Positions 37,680 through 46,847 of a stretch of DNA of 64,000 nt are shown piece after piece. A program made the translations under genes and the position numbers. The stretch is from positions 2,976 through 66,975 of the forward strand of contig CAIQPS010000074.1 in assembly GCA_903873715.1 (NCBI GenBank), in the 5' to 3' direction. The first letter of the stretch is position 1. Each line of letters opens with the position of its first letter. The stretch is from an uncultured Actinomycetes bacterium. GTDB lineage: Bacteria > Actinomycetota > Thermoleophilia > RBG-16-64-13. Below the pieces are notes generated by a model, which was given only the letters and a program-made list of their open reading frames with translations, made no database searches and was not told the DNA's origin.

Positions 37680-38729
37680 ATGACCGACCCGAATAAGGGC
37701 GCGGCAGGCACCGCCGGCCGCGCCCCCGGCCTGACCCCCGGCCTGACCCCCGGCCTGACCGCCGCCCTGCGTGGCGCCCTCACCGCGGCAGGGTTCGCCC
37801 ATCGCCTGGCGCCGGTCTCGGTGGCCGGTGAACTTGCCCAGATCCTCGCCGCCCTCAAGGATGAGGGGCAGGTGACCGAGAGCCTCCTGGACGAGTACCG
37901 GGAGAGCCTCACCTTCTCGTGTCCCGCGGAGGTGGGGGAACCGCAGGCACTGATCGTGGCTGCGTCGCCGTCGCCGAACGTCAAGGTGCGGTTCCATCTG
38001 GAGGACGGCCCCTTCGACGCCGTCATCCCCTCGACGTACATCTCAAGCGACGCCAAGGCGCGGGCGTTGGCCGCCATGCGCTCGGTCCTCGAGCCCGCCG
38101 GGTACAAGGTGGCGCGGGCGCGCATCCCGGTGAAGCTGCTGGCGGTGCGGACCGGTCTGGCGCAGTACGGGCGCAACAACGTGGCCTACATCAAGAACAT
38201 GGGCTCGTTCGTCCGGTTGGACGCCTTCTGCACCGACGCGCCGCTCGAGGTGGAGGACTTCCAGGGCAAGGGCAGTTGGCGCCTGAGCAGTTGTCCGCCC
38301 TGCCGCAACTGCCATCACGTCTGCCCGACCGGGTGCATCCCCTACGACGGCCAGGTCATCGACGGCGAGCGCTGCCTCACCTATCACAACGAGCACGAGG
38401 GCGACTGGCCCGAAGGGCTCGACCCGCTCGGCCACAACGCGCTGGTGGGATGCCTGCTCTGTCAGGAGCGCTGCCCGGTGGACCGGGTGTATGTGCGCGT
38501 GCCGAAGCTGGTCGCCGAGTTCGACCGCGAGGAGACCGAGTGGATCCTTCGCGACCTCCCTGCCGACGAGTTACCCGAGGGCGTGCGGGAGAAACTCGCC
38601 GCGCTCGACCTGGAGGAGTACTCGACGGTGCTCGGGCGCAACCTGCGGGCGCTCGTCAACGCCGCAAAGCTGAAGACGACCGCGTACAACGGAAGCCCGT
38701 CCGAGCGAGGTGAGCCGGCCGGTCGCTGA
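37680..38729 (+). CDS. QueG-family (epoxyqueuosine reductase/reductive dehalogenase superfamily) 4Fe-4S protein
   Basis: LLAVRTGLAQYGRNNVAYIKNMGSFVRLDAFCTDAPL, CPPCRNCHHVCPTG, ERCLTYHNE and CLLCQERCP match QueG signature regions (two ferredoxin-like Cys clusters plus a C-terminal helical domain). Assignment to tRNA modification versus other reductase function is uncertain. Confidence 0.6.
   Translation: MTDPNKGAAGTAGRAPGLTPGLTPGLTAALRGALTAAGFAHRLAPVSVAGELAQILAALKDEGQVTESLLDEYRESLTFSCPAEVGEPQALIVAASPSPNVKVRFHLEDGPFDAVIPSTYISSDAKARALAAMRSVLEPAGYKVARARIPVKLLAVRTGLAQYGRNNVAYIKNMGSFVRLDAFCTDAPLEVEDFQGKGSWRLSSCPPCRNCHHVCPTGCIPYDGQVIDGERCLTYHNEHEGDWPEGLDPLGHNALVGCLLCQERCPVDRVYVRVPKLVAEFDREETEWILRDLPADELPEGVREKLAALDLEEYSTVLGRNLRALVNAAKLKTTAYNGSPSERGEPAGR
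37725..37760 (+). repeat. Perfect 12-bp x3 tandem repeat (cccggcctgacc) encoding (PGLT)3 inside the QueG-like gene
   Basis: Direct reading of 37725-37760. Confidence 0.7.
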
Positions 38730-38774
38730 CCGGCGCTCCGGGACCGCGCGGCCTGCGCGCCGCCCCGAGTGCGG

Positions 38775-39281
38775 CTACGCCCCCGCTGCCAGCCGCGCGG
38801 CCGCCTTGGTCTCCCGGTCCTGGGAGATGGCGTTCGGATCGCCCTGCTTGAGCGCCTTGGTGGGGCAGGCCCGCACGCACGCCGGCTCCAGGCCGTTCTC
38901 CAGCCGCACGGTGCACAGGTCGCACTTCTGCATGGTCCCCTCGACGCCGAACCGCGGCACGCCGAACGGGCAGGCGATGGAGCAGCTGTGGCAGCCGATG
39001 CACAGTTCCTGGTCGACCTTCACGGCCTTGGTACCCGGTTCGCGGGCGATGGCCCCGGTCGGGCAGGCGATGATGCACGGCGCGTCCTCGCAGTGCATGC
39101 AGGCGATGGACACGTAGCGCAGGCGGGCGTCCGCGCCGCTGCCGGTCTCCACCTTGAAGACGTTGCGCCAGGCGGTAGGCTCGGCGCCGATCTCCAGGTC
39201 GTTCTGGTCCATGCAGGCCACGGCGCAGGCCATGCAGCCGCTGCAACGGTCGACGTCGAGGTAGAAGGCGTGCTTGCTCAT
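38775..39281 (-). CDS. 4Fe-4S ferredoxin-type iron-sulfur subunit of a molybdopterin oxidoreductase (DmsB/PsrB/FdhB-like, four cluster motifs)
   Basis: CSGCMACAVAC, CMHCEDAPC..CP, CIGCHSCSIACP, CDLCTVR...C.RACP. 4-nt overlap with the catalytic-subunit gene. Confidence 0.85.
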   Translation of the reverse strand: MSKHAFYLDVDRCSGCMACAVACMDQNDLEIGAEPTAWRNVFKVETGSGADARLRYVSIACMHCEDAPCIIACPTGAIAREPGTKAVKVDQELCIGCHSCSIACPFGVPRFGVEGTMQKCDLCTVRLENGLEPACVRACPTKALKQGDPNAISQDRETKAAARLAAGA

Positions 39282-41515
39282 CGGGCCACCCCCTGGGCTC
39301 CGGCGGCGCTCGGCGCGATCTTCTTCACCGCGCAGAGCAGGGATTTGTATCCGGGGAAGCCGGACACCGGGTCGAGGTAGTCACCCGGGATCAGCGAGTT
39401 GGCGTCGGCCTCCGGGTAGTCGTGGTACATCTGGACGACGCCGGCGGGGACCAGTTCGGTGAGGTTGGCCTTCACCTGGATGGCCACGCCGGTGGGCGTC
39501 GAGAGCTCCACCATGTCGCCATGGGCGATGCCGAAGCGGGCGCCGTCGGCCGGGTTGAGGTCGGCCATGGCGTCGCGGCGCAGGCTGCGGGTCCACGGCG
39601 CGCGGAACATCCGGGAGTGCACGAACATGGGCAGCCGGGAGCCGGTGCCCAGCACCAGCGGGTAGTCGGCGGCCAGGTCGGGCGTCGAGACGGGGCTCAT
39701 CCACGGCTCGTTGTACTCGGGCAGACCGGCGATGCCCGGGCGGTCGGAGTACTTCTCCATCAACGACGAGACGAACTCCATCTTGCCCGTCGCGGTGGGG
39801 AAGCCCTTGGCCTGGTATTTCTTGAACGCCGGAGCGGGCGGGTCCGGCACGAACATGCCGCCCGGGTGCGCCTTCAGTTGCGCCATGGTCATGCCGTTGG
39901 GCTGGAACATCCAGTCGAGGGCGGCGTCGAAGGCCGCGCCGAAATCGGGCGCGCCGTTGGGCAGGAAGCCGCCCAGCTTGGCGGTGTGCTCGGCGTCGAG
40001 GGTCTGGTAGTCAAGCCCCAGCTTCTCGGCCAGCCCGAAGATGATGTCGGTGTCGGAGCGGGCTTCGGCGACCGGCTCGATGACCGGCTCGGTGTAAACC
40101 ACGTATTTCTGCGGATAGGCGCGGACCTCGGTGCGCTCCACCGACGTGGCCGCCGGCAGGATGATGTCCGCGTACTTTCCGCTGTCCGTGAACATCGGAT
40201 CGATGACGGCGATGAAGTCGAGCTTCTCGAGCGCGGCCAGCCAGCCTTTGGAATCGGGGAACATGCGGTAGTTGAGCCCGAAGGCCACCATGCCCCGCAG
40301 GGGATAGGGATCGCCGCTGTTCACCTGGCGCGGGAAGTCCATGGCCTGGGCCTGGTCGATCATCTCGGTCCAGACCGGGAAGCGCTGGGCGCCGAGGCGT
40401 GGCGGCATGTCGCTCCACGGGCGAGGCATCTTGTAGGGATGCTCGCGGGTGACGAAGCCGCTGCCGAACTCCAGCCACGCGGCCGGGCCGACGACGTTGC
40501 CACCGGGCACGTCGAAGTTGCCGGTGAGGCCGACCAGTGCGGCAGCCGCCCGCTGGTTCTGCACGCCGTTGGTGTTGTGCACCACCGGGGCCGCGCTGGG
40601 CTGCATGGCCGCCGACTTGGCCGTGGCGTACATGATGGCCGCTTCACGGATGAGGGCGGCCGGCACGCCGGTGATCTGCTCGGCCCGCTCAAGGGTGAAG
40701 GTGGCCGCGTAGGCCTTGTAGTCCTCGAACCCGTGCGCGTACTGGGCGACGAACTCCTTGTCGTGGAGCCCTTCGGCGATGATCACGTTGCCCATAGCCA
40801 GCGCGAGGGCGCCGTCGGTGCCGGGGCGGAGCTGCAGGTGGATGTCGGCGACGCCCGCGGTGGGCGACTTGCGCGGGTCGACGACGATGATCTTCACCCC
40901 GCGCTCCTTGGCATCCAGGATGCGGCGGGCGGTCGGGGTGTTGGAGTGCAGCGGGTTGGCGGTCCAGACGAGCAGACAGGACGTGTTGGCGAGATCGGGC
41001 GCGGCCGGGGTGCCGTAATCGAGCCGCCAGCCCATGGCCATGGCGGTGTGGCAGGCGCTCGACTCGGTGCAGTAGTTGGGCGAGCCGTACTGGAAGGCGA
41101 GGCGCTGGAGGAAGGGGCGGAGCTGCTTGGGATAGCCGCAGTAGAAGACCACCGACTCCGGGCCGCTTTCCTTCTTCAGCTTCTGCAGGTTCTCGGCGAT
41201 GGTGTCGAGGGCCTCCGTCCAGGAGATGGGCTCGAACCGGCCGGAGCCGCGCGGGCCGACCCGTTTGAGCGGGGTGCGCACCCGGTCCTCACTGTAGACC
41301 CACTGCCGCTGGGCGGCCCCTTTGGCGCAGAGCGTGCCCGCGCTGTGCGGGTTCTCGAGCGAGCCCTCCACCTTGATGATGCGCCCGTCCTTGACGTAGC
41401 AGTCGAGACCGCACTGCGTCGTCGGGTCGCAGATGGTGCAGATCGACTTGCGCACCTCGATCCCGGTGGCTTCTCCCGGTATCTTCGCCTTCTTCAGCTT
41501 CTGAAGCTTGTCCAT
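39278..41515 (-). CDS. Molybdopterin (bis-MGD) oxidoreductase catalytic subunit, cytoplasmic type (no Tat signal)
   Basis: Start at MDKLQKLKK (ATG 41513-41515, GGAGG RBS). N-terminal 4Fe-4S motif CTICDPTTQCGLDC...C and the MopB fold throughout. The 102-aa upstream extension in the ORF track is Arg-rich noise. Confidence 0.85.
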   Translation of the reverse strand: MDKLQKLKKAKIPGEATGIEVRKSICTICDPTTQCGLDCYVKDGRIIKVEGSLENPHSAGTLCAKGAAQRQWVYSEDRVRTPLKRVGPRGSGRFEPISWTEALDTIAENLQKLKKESGPESVVFYCGYPKQLRPFLQRLAFQYGSPNYCTESSACHTAMAMGWRLDYGTPAAPDLANTSCLLVWTANPLHSNTPTARRILDAKERGVKIIVVDPRKSPTAGVADIHLQLRPGTDGALALAMGNVIIAEGLHDKEFVAQYAHGFEDYKAYAATFTLERAEQITGVPAALIREAAIMYATAKSAAMQPSAAPVVHNTNGVQNQRAAAALVGLTGNFDVPGGNVVGPAAWLEFGSGFVTREHPYKMPRPWSDMPPRLGAQRFPVWTEMIDQAQAMDFPRQVNSGDPYPLRGMVAFGLNYRMFPDSKGWLAALEKLDFIAVIDPMFTDSGKYADIILPAATSVERTEVRAYPQKYVVYTEPVIEPVAEARSDTDIIFGLAEKLGLDYQTLDAEHTAKLGGFLPNGAPDFGAAFDAALDWMFQPNGMTMAQLKAHPGGMFVPDPPAPAFKKYQAKGFPTATGKMEFVSSLMEKYSDRPGIAGLPEYNEPWMSPVSTPDLAADYPLVLGTGSRLPMFVHSRMFRAPWTRSLRRDAMADLNPADGARFGIAHGDMVELSTPTGVAIQVKANLTELVPAGVVQMYHDYPEADANSLIPGDYLDPVSGFPGYKSLLCAVKKIAPSAAGAQGVAR

Positions 41516-42852
41516 GTCGCCTCCAAGTCGCCCGTCGCCCCCGTCGCCATCCTCGAGAACGCCTGTTTCATGACGCCCGCCGAGAGACAATCGTCGAGAA
41601 TATTGAGACCCACCAGCCGTCCGTCTCTCCAGAGCCGGACCTGCCGGGAACCGCCGTCGTCGGTCGTGGTGACCGTATCGTAGTCGTCGACGCAGCCCAT
41701 GCTTGCGAAGAGCATACGCCCGACGTGAGTGATGTTGTGGGGGATGCCTCCGGGATACCCGGACGGCTGGCCGGCGATGCTGCGCCCCGCCGCTCTTCCC
41801 TGGTAGCGCGCGCTCGACCAAAGGCCGATGATCTCGTGCCGGCCGGAGAGCAGGTTCTTGCCTTGGGCGACGTCACCCGCGGCGTAGAGACCGGGTGCGC
41901 TCGAGCGCATCTGGTCGTCCACGAGGATGCCCCTGCCGACGTCGACCTGTCCGGGCGCGAGGAAGTCCAGCGCCGGACGGTTGCCCGCGCAGACCACCAG
42001 CAGATCGGTCTCTTCGCGCTCGGCTCCGTCCTCGCAGGCGGTGCCGGGGTCTCCCGGGTCAGCGGCGCCCGGCAGGGCCCCGAAGTCCAGTCGTATCGCC
42101 GCACCCGGCACGGAGAAGTCCTCCGGGAGTCCTACCCCTGCCAATGCCGCACCCAGCCGCAGCCGAAAACCCTCACCCTTAAGGTGAGCTTCAAGGATGC
42201 GGGCCGCCTCCGGGTGCGCCGCCAACGGCAGCACGGAAGCCTCCCGCTCTATGAGCGTCACCTGGAAGCCCAGCCCGTGCAGCACCTCGGCGATCTTCAC
42301 CCCGGCGAAGGAAGCGCCGAGCACCGCGGCGCGCAGCGCGCCTCCGGCGGCTGCGCCTCTGACGCCCGCGCGCAGCCCATCGATGGCCCTCCTCAGCGCC
42401 AACGCGTCATCAACGGTCTGCAGCGCGAAGACCCGGCGTTCGGCACCCGGATGCGCCAACGCCTCTCTCAGCCCCGCGACAGGTGGTACCGCCGGCCTCG
42501 CTCCGGAGGCCACCAGGCACCGCTCATACCGGTATGTCCCGCGGGCGGTGGTCAACTCGCGGGCCTCGGTGTCGATGCGGGTGACCGGTTCCTCGAGATG
42601 GGCGGTCACCCGGTTGGCGTCATAGAAGGCGGAGCCGCTCCCGAAGGGGAAGGCCTTCTCCAAAGGCAGCTTGCCGCTCACCACGTAGGTCCCGAGCATG
42701 GGGTTGTAGGGAGCGTGCGCGTTGTCCGTGAAGAGGTGGATGTCGCCGGTCCAGCCGTTCGCGCGCAGCGCCAGGACGGCTTCGGCAGCCGCACCGCCGT
42801 TGCCGACGATCGCGATGGGTAGGAGCGTGGAAGTCACCAGGACAGAATACAT
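41494..42852 (-). CDS. FAD-dependent pyridine nucleotide-disulfide oxidoreductase (NAD(P)H:ferredoxin/rubredoxin reductase-like electron-transfer subunit)
   Basis: Two Rossmann motifs (IAIVGNGGAAAEA; VLGASFAGVKIAEVL) and a C-terminal dimerisation domain. 22-nt overlap with the catalytic-subunit start, consistent with translational coupling. Confidence 0.8.
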   Translation of the reverse strand: MYSVLVTSTLLPIAIVGNGGAAAEAVLALRANGWTGDIHLFTDNAHAPYNPMLGTYVVSGKLPLEKAFPFGSGSAFYDANRVTAHLEEPVTRIDTEARELTTARGTYRYERCLVASGARPAVPPVAGLREALAHPGAERRVFALQTVDDALALRRAIDGLRAGVRGAAAGGALRAAVLGASFAGVKIAEVLHGLGFQVTLIEREASVLPLAAHPEAARILEAHLKGEGFRLRLGAALAGVGLPEDFSVPGAAIRLDFGALPGAADPGDPGTACEDGAEREETDLLVVCAGNRPALDFLAPGQVDVGRGILVDDQMRSSAPGLYAAGDVAQGKNLLSGRHEIIGLWSSARYQGRAAGRSIAGQPSGYPGGIPHNITHVGRMLFASMGCVDDYDTVTTTDDGGSRQVRLWRDGRLVGLNILDDCLSAGVMKQAFSRMATGATGDLEATWTSFRS

Positions 42853-42869
42853 CTATATCCTGGCTACCA

Positions 42870-43256
42870 TTAGTCCTTTTTGCGGGCTCCCACGAAGGTG
42901 GACACCAGGAACGAGAACACACTGACGATGATCGCCCCGAGGACCGCGCTCCACAATCCGTCCACGTGGAAGCCCAGCCCGAGCCAGTGGTCCGAGATGT
43001 AGGAGGCCAGCCACAGCATCAGGCCGTTGATGACGAGCGTGAACAGACCGAGCGTCAGGACGATGAGGCCGCAGGCCATGGCGCTTATGAACGGCCGGAT
43101 GATCGAGTTCACCAGACCGAGCACCAGCGCCACCAGGAGGAGCGTCCACACCCGGTGGTCGCCGTCGATGGAGATCCCGGAGAGGGCCCACGCGGCCACG
43201 CCCACGCCGGCGGCGCTTATGGCCCAGCGGAGCAAGAGTTGGAAAAGCGCTTTCAT
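42870..43256 (-). CDS. Phage-holin-like 4-TM family protein (DUF360)
   Basis: 128 aa, four TM helices, conserved DUF360-like features. Confidence 0.65.
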   Translation of the reverse strand: MKALFQLLLRWAISAAGVGVAAWALSGISIDGDHRVWTLLLVALVLGLVNSIIRPFISAMACGLIVLTLGLFTLVINGLMLWLASYISDHWLGLGFHVDGLWSAVLGAIIVSVFSFLVSTFVGARKKD

Positions 43257-43339
43257 TCACGGCAGGGTAACACGCGGGGGGACGCTTTCGATACTATGGC
43301 TGCCACCGCGCCGTTCGGCGCATGACCGGGGAGATGACC

Positions 43340-44605
43340 ATGGCTGAACATCAGGCGGGGGCGATAGCGGCGGACGAGGGGACCTGGCTGATAGCCAAGC
43401 GGAGCCAGGTGGACCTCCTGGCCCTCATCCTGATGTTGGTGTTCATCACCAGCGCCATCTGCCTGTCACTGCCTCCGGTCGTCAAGAACGACCTCACCAC
43501 CAACCTGCACCTGAGCGACCCGCAGTACGGCCTGCTGAGCACCGTCTTCTTGGCGCTCTACGGCATCTCCGGGTTCTCGTCCGGCATCCTCGCGGCACGG
43601 TGGGGAGGGCGCCTGCTCCTGGTCTGCTGCAGCTGCTTCTTCCTGGGGTCGCTCATATTCGGCCTCAGCGCGAACATGGCCGGCTTCCTCGTGGGGCGGG
43701 CCCTGCAAGGTCTGGGGGGCGGCATGGTCATCGCCACCTGCAGTCCCACCATGGCTCAGGCCATCCCGCCCAAGTGGCTCAACCGGGCCTGGGGGATACT
43801 CGGGGCCGGCTGGGGCCTCGGCTCCGCCGTCGCTCTGCTGGTCATGCCGAGCATCGAGAACGCCGGCGGCTACCGGGCGGTCTTCCTGACCACCGCCGGG
43901 CTGGCGTTCGTGGTGGGGTTGGCGGCACTGTCGCAGAAGGCGGTGCGCACCCGGCCCTCGCATCCCGAAGGCGCCACGAGCGTGCGCGGCCTCATAGCAG
44001 CCACAGGCTCGGTCATCACCAACCGCAGGGTCATGCTCCTGGGCTTCATCAACGCCGCCGCCCTGGCGGTGGGGGTGAGCGTCCTCGCGTTCACGCCCTC
44101 GTTCCTGCAGGACATCCACGGGTCGAGCAAGGACATCTCCCTGTATCTGCTGGCCGGCCTGGGGGCGGCCCAGGTGATCGGGAACCCCATCGGCGCCTGG
44201 GCGACGGCCCGCTGGGGCAAGTTCGCGGTCATCCTGCTCTCGATGGTCCCGATGGTGATCGTGACGGCGGTGGTGGGCGTGGTGCCGGGCGCGGCCCTCA
44301 CCTTCGTGATGGTGCTGCTGGCCGGCTTCTTCAGCATGAGCTACTTCCCCCCGATGCTGAGCTACATGCCGGAAGTGGTGGACAAGCCCTGGCAGGTGGG
44401 CCCCGCGACCGGGCTCAACACCGCGTTGGGATTCGGCGGCTCCATGCTGTTCCCGTATTTCTTCGGCCTCATCCTCAAGGGCGGCGGCCACACCAAGCTC
44501 TGGTACAACGTGGCCTATCTGATGCTGGCGGTCTTCGCCGCGCTCGGGACGGCCTCCATGGTGTTCTTCAGCAGGCGAAAGAAGGGGCAGGCGTCTACGG
44601 CTTGA
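43340..44605 (+). CDS. MFS transporter
   Basis: 12-TM protein. Start at MAEHQAG (GGGGA RBS 7 nt upstream); the ORF track starts 18 nt earlier. Confidence 0.8.
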   Translation: MAEHQAGAIAADEGTWLIAKRSQVDLLALILMLVFITSAICLSLPPVVKNDLTTNLHLSDPQYGLLSTVFLALYGISGFSSGILAARWGGRLLLVCCSCFFLGSLIFGLSANMAGFLVGRALQGLGGGMVIATCSPTMAQAIPPKWLNRAWGILGAGWGLGSAVALLVMPSIENAGGYRAVFLTTAGLAFVVGLAALSQKAVRTRPSHPEGATSVRGLIAATGSVITNRRVMLLGFINAAALAVGVSVLAFTPSFLQDIHGSSKDISLYLLAGLGAAQVIGNPIGAWATARWGKFAVILLSMVPMVIVTAVVGVVPGAALTFVMVLLAGFFSMSYFPPMLSYMPEVVDKPWQVGPATGLNTALGFGGSMLFPYFFGLILKGGGHTKLWYNVAYLMLAVFAALGTASMVFFSRRKKGQASTA

Positions 44606-45161
44606 TCAGTGCCCGCCCGATGTCCCAGGCGGATCCTATGCGGTCCCCGAGGGCCCAGTAGCTGTTGTCGGGCATGGTGAGCACGAACGGGCGGAGTTTC
44701 ACCGGGTCGATCTTGCCTTCGGTGAGCACGCTCTCGGTGGCGTAGACGTTGACGACCTCCGCGATGAACAGGTAGTCGTGGGGGAGGTCGATGGTCTGGG
44801 TGGCGCGGCACTCCACGCCCACCGGGCAGGCGCGGACGATGGGGGCCGACTCGAGCGAGCCCTTGAAGATCTCGATGTCCTTGGCCTTGTCGACTCTGTC
44901 GCCGTGGACGAGGCCCATGTAGTCGGCCAGTTCCGCCTGGTCGATGCTGGGGTAGCTCAGGGCGAACTCGCCGGTCTGGCGGATGCCTTTCGCGGTGTAC
45001 TGCCGCTCGCCGAGCGAGATGGCCAGGAACGGCGGGTCGGAATGGATCTTGGTGAGCCAGGCGGCGGTCATGAAGTTGGGCTTGCCGTCGGTGATGGTCC
45101 CGACGATCACCACCGGCATCGGGTAGATGTCGAAGTGTTTGCCGATGTTCTTCTTGGCCAT
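44595..45161 (-). CDS. Flavin reductase family protein (flavin reductase-like FMN-binding domain)
   Basis: 188 aa, MAKKNIGKHFDIYPMPVVIVGTITDGKPNFMTAAW..., split-barrel flavin reductase signature. It is the C-terminal part of a longer spurious ORF. Confidence 0.8.
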   Translation of the reverse strand: MAKKNIGKHFDIYPMPVVIVGTITDGKPNFMTAAWLTKIHSDPPFLAISLGERQYTAKGIRQTGEFALSYPSIDQAELADYMGLVHGDRVDKAKDIEIFKGSLESAPIVRACPVGVECRATQTIDLPHDYLFIAEVVNVYATESVLTEGKIDPVKLRPFVLTMPDNSYWALGDRIGSAWDIGRALIKP

Positions 45162-45190
45162 CGCTCTGCTCCCTTCGCTCGCTGGACCCT

Positions 45191-46840
45191 TCAGTCTTCT
45201 TGCGTGGCCGCCTCCGCGGGGGCTGCCGGCTGGACGGCCGCCTCCGGCGCCTGTGCCGCCGGTGCTGCCGCCGCATGCCGCTTGTGGGCCGCGGCCCGGC
45301 GGGCCATCTCGTGGTGGGGCGCGGTCCCTCGTATCATTATGGCTCCGACGAGGGCGCCCGCAAGCACCACGGCCGCCGCATACCACAACCCATGGCGGAT
45401 ACCGTCGGTGAAGGTGTCCTTGAGGGCGATCATGATCTGGTCCACCGGGACACCGGCCGCTTTTGCGGCCGCCAACTGGGTCGGATCGGGTGTGCCTCGC
45501 TGTTCTGCCATCTTGAGGACCGTCTGGGTGACCATGGGGCTGAGATCCAGTTGCGCCAGGGCCGCCTTGAAGTGGGCCGTGTAGCTGCTGGTGACGATCG
45601 CCCCGAGCACCGCGATGCCGAACACCCCGCCCACCTGCCTGGTGGTGTTGAGCGTGGCCGAAGCCATCCCGGCCCGGGCCTGGGGTACGGTGCTCATGAC
45701 GGCGGTGGTCATCGGGCTCATGACGAGCCCCAGGCCGATGCCCATCAGCGTGAGCATCCACCAGTACGAACCGTAGGGCGTGTCGGCCTGCACCGTGGTG
45801 AAGGCGAGGAACGCTCCGCCGACCAACAGCATCCCGATGGTGATGGGCACACGGGCGCCGATCTTGGCGACGACCCTGCCCGACACGATGGCGAAGACCA
45901 TCACCGCGATGGTGGCGGCGAGTTGCCGCACGCCGGCCTGGGTGGCGGTGAATCCCTGGACCTGCTGCATGAACAGGCTCAGGAACAGGATGACGCCGAT
46001 GAAGCCGAAGCTCACCGTCAGCCCCACCAGGTTCGCGCCGGTGAAGGTGACGTTCTTGAAGAAGTCGAGCCGGAGCATCGGGCTCTTGGCCCGGGTCTCC
46101 CAGAAACCGAAGGCTGCAAGCACCGCCGCGCCGGCTACCAGCAGGGCGATGATGGTAGCCGAACGCCAGCCGTAGCTGTTGGCCTCGATGAAGGCGAAGG
46201 TCAGCGCGGCCAGCCCCACCACGGCCAGTATCTGGCCGGGGATGTCGAGGTTGCGCCCCTCGTGGTTCTTGGATTCAGGCACGACGAGGATGGCGATGAC
46301 GAACGCGATGACCCCGATGGGCACGTTGATGTAGAAGATGCTCTGCCAGTTCCAGGCGTCCACCATGAGGCCGCCGAGCGCCGGTCCGAGGGCCAGGGCG
46401 ATGCCCGAGACCCCCGCCCAGATGCCGATGGCCTGAGCGCGTTCCCGCGGGTCGTGGAAGGTGTTGGTGAGGATGGCCAGCGTGGCCGGCATCATGATCG
46501 CCGCGCCCACGCCCTGTAGAGCCCGGGCCCCGATGAGCAGATGGATGCTGGGTGACAGCGCGCAGATCAGGCTCCCCAGCGTGAAGATCCCCAGGCCGGC
46601 GAGGAAGGCCCGCTTGCGGCCGTACAGGTCGCCGAGCGTTCCTCCGGTGAGCATGAGAGCCGCCAGCGGCAGGGTGAAGGCGTCGATGATCCACTGCAGT
46701 TCGTTCAGCCCGGCGCTCAGTTCCGCGGAGATCTTCGGCAGGGCGAGGTTCACCACGGTGTTGTCGAGCATCACCATGAAGAGCCCGAAGCATATGGCTC
46801 CGAGCGTGAGCAGTTTTGTGCGGCGGTCCTCCTCGAACAT
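45191..46840 (-). CDS. MFS transporter, DHA2 (EmrB/QacA, 14-TM) drug:H+ antiporter family
   Basis: 14 predicted TM helices, motif LDNTVVNLALPKI, and a C-terminal Ala-rich tail. Start at MFEEDRR (internal Met); coordinate may be off by 1 nt. Confidence 0.85.
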   Translation of the reverse strand: MFEEDRRTKLLTLGAICFGLFMVMLDNTVVNLALPKISAELSAGLNELQWIIDAFTLPLAALMLTGGTLGDLYGRKRAFLAGLGIFTLGSLICALSPSIHLLIGARALQGVGAAIMMPATLAILTNTFHDPRERAQAIGIWAGVSGIALALGPALGGLMVDAWNWQSIFYINVPIGVIAFVIAILVVPESKNHEGRNLDIPGQILAVVGLAALTFAFIEANSYGWRSATIIALLVAGAAVLAAFGFWETRAKSPMLRLDFFKNVTFTGANLVGLTVSFGFIGVILFLSLFMQQVQGFTATQAGVRQLAATIAVMVFAIVSGRVVAKIGARVPITIGMLLVGGAFLAFTTVQADTPYGSYWWMLTLMGIGLGLVMSPMTTAVMSTVPQARAGMASATLNTTRQVGGVFGIAVLGAIVTSSYTAHFKAALAQLDLSPMVTQTVLKMAEQRGTPDPTQLAAAKAAGVPVDQIMIALKDTFTDGIRHGLWYAAAVVLAGALVGAIMIRGTAPHHEMARRAAAHKRHAAAAPAAQAPEAAVQPAAPAEAATQED

Positions 46841-46847
46841 CGGCGGG

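Noticed and set aside
39422-41683. 753-aa plus-strand ORF
   Set aside because: It is antisense to the molybdopterin catalytic subunit, which has clear family motifs. A GC artefact.
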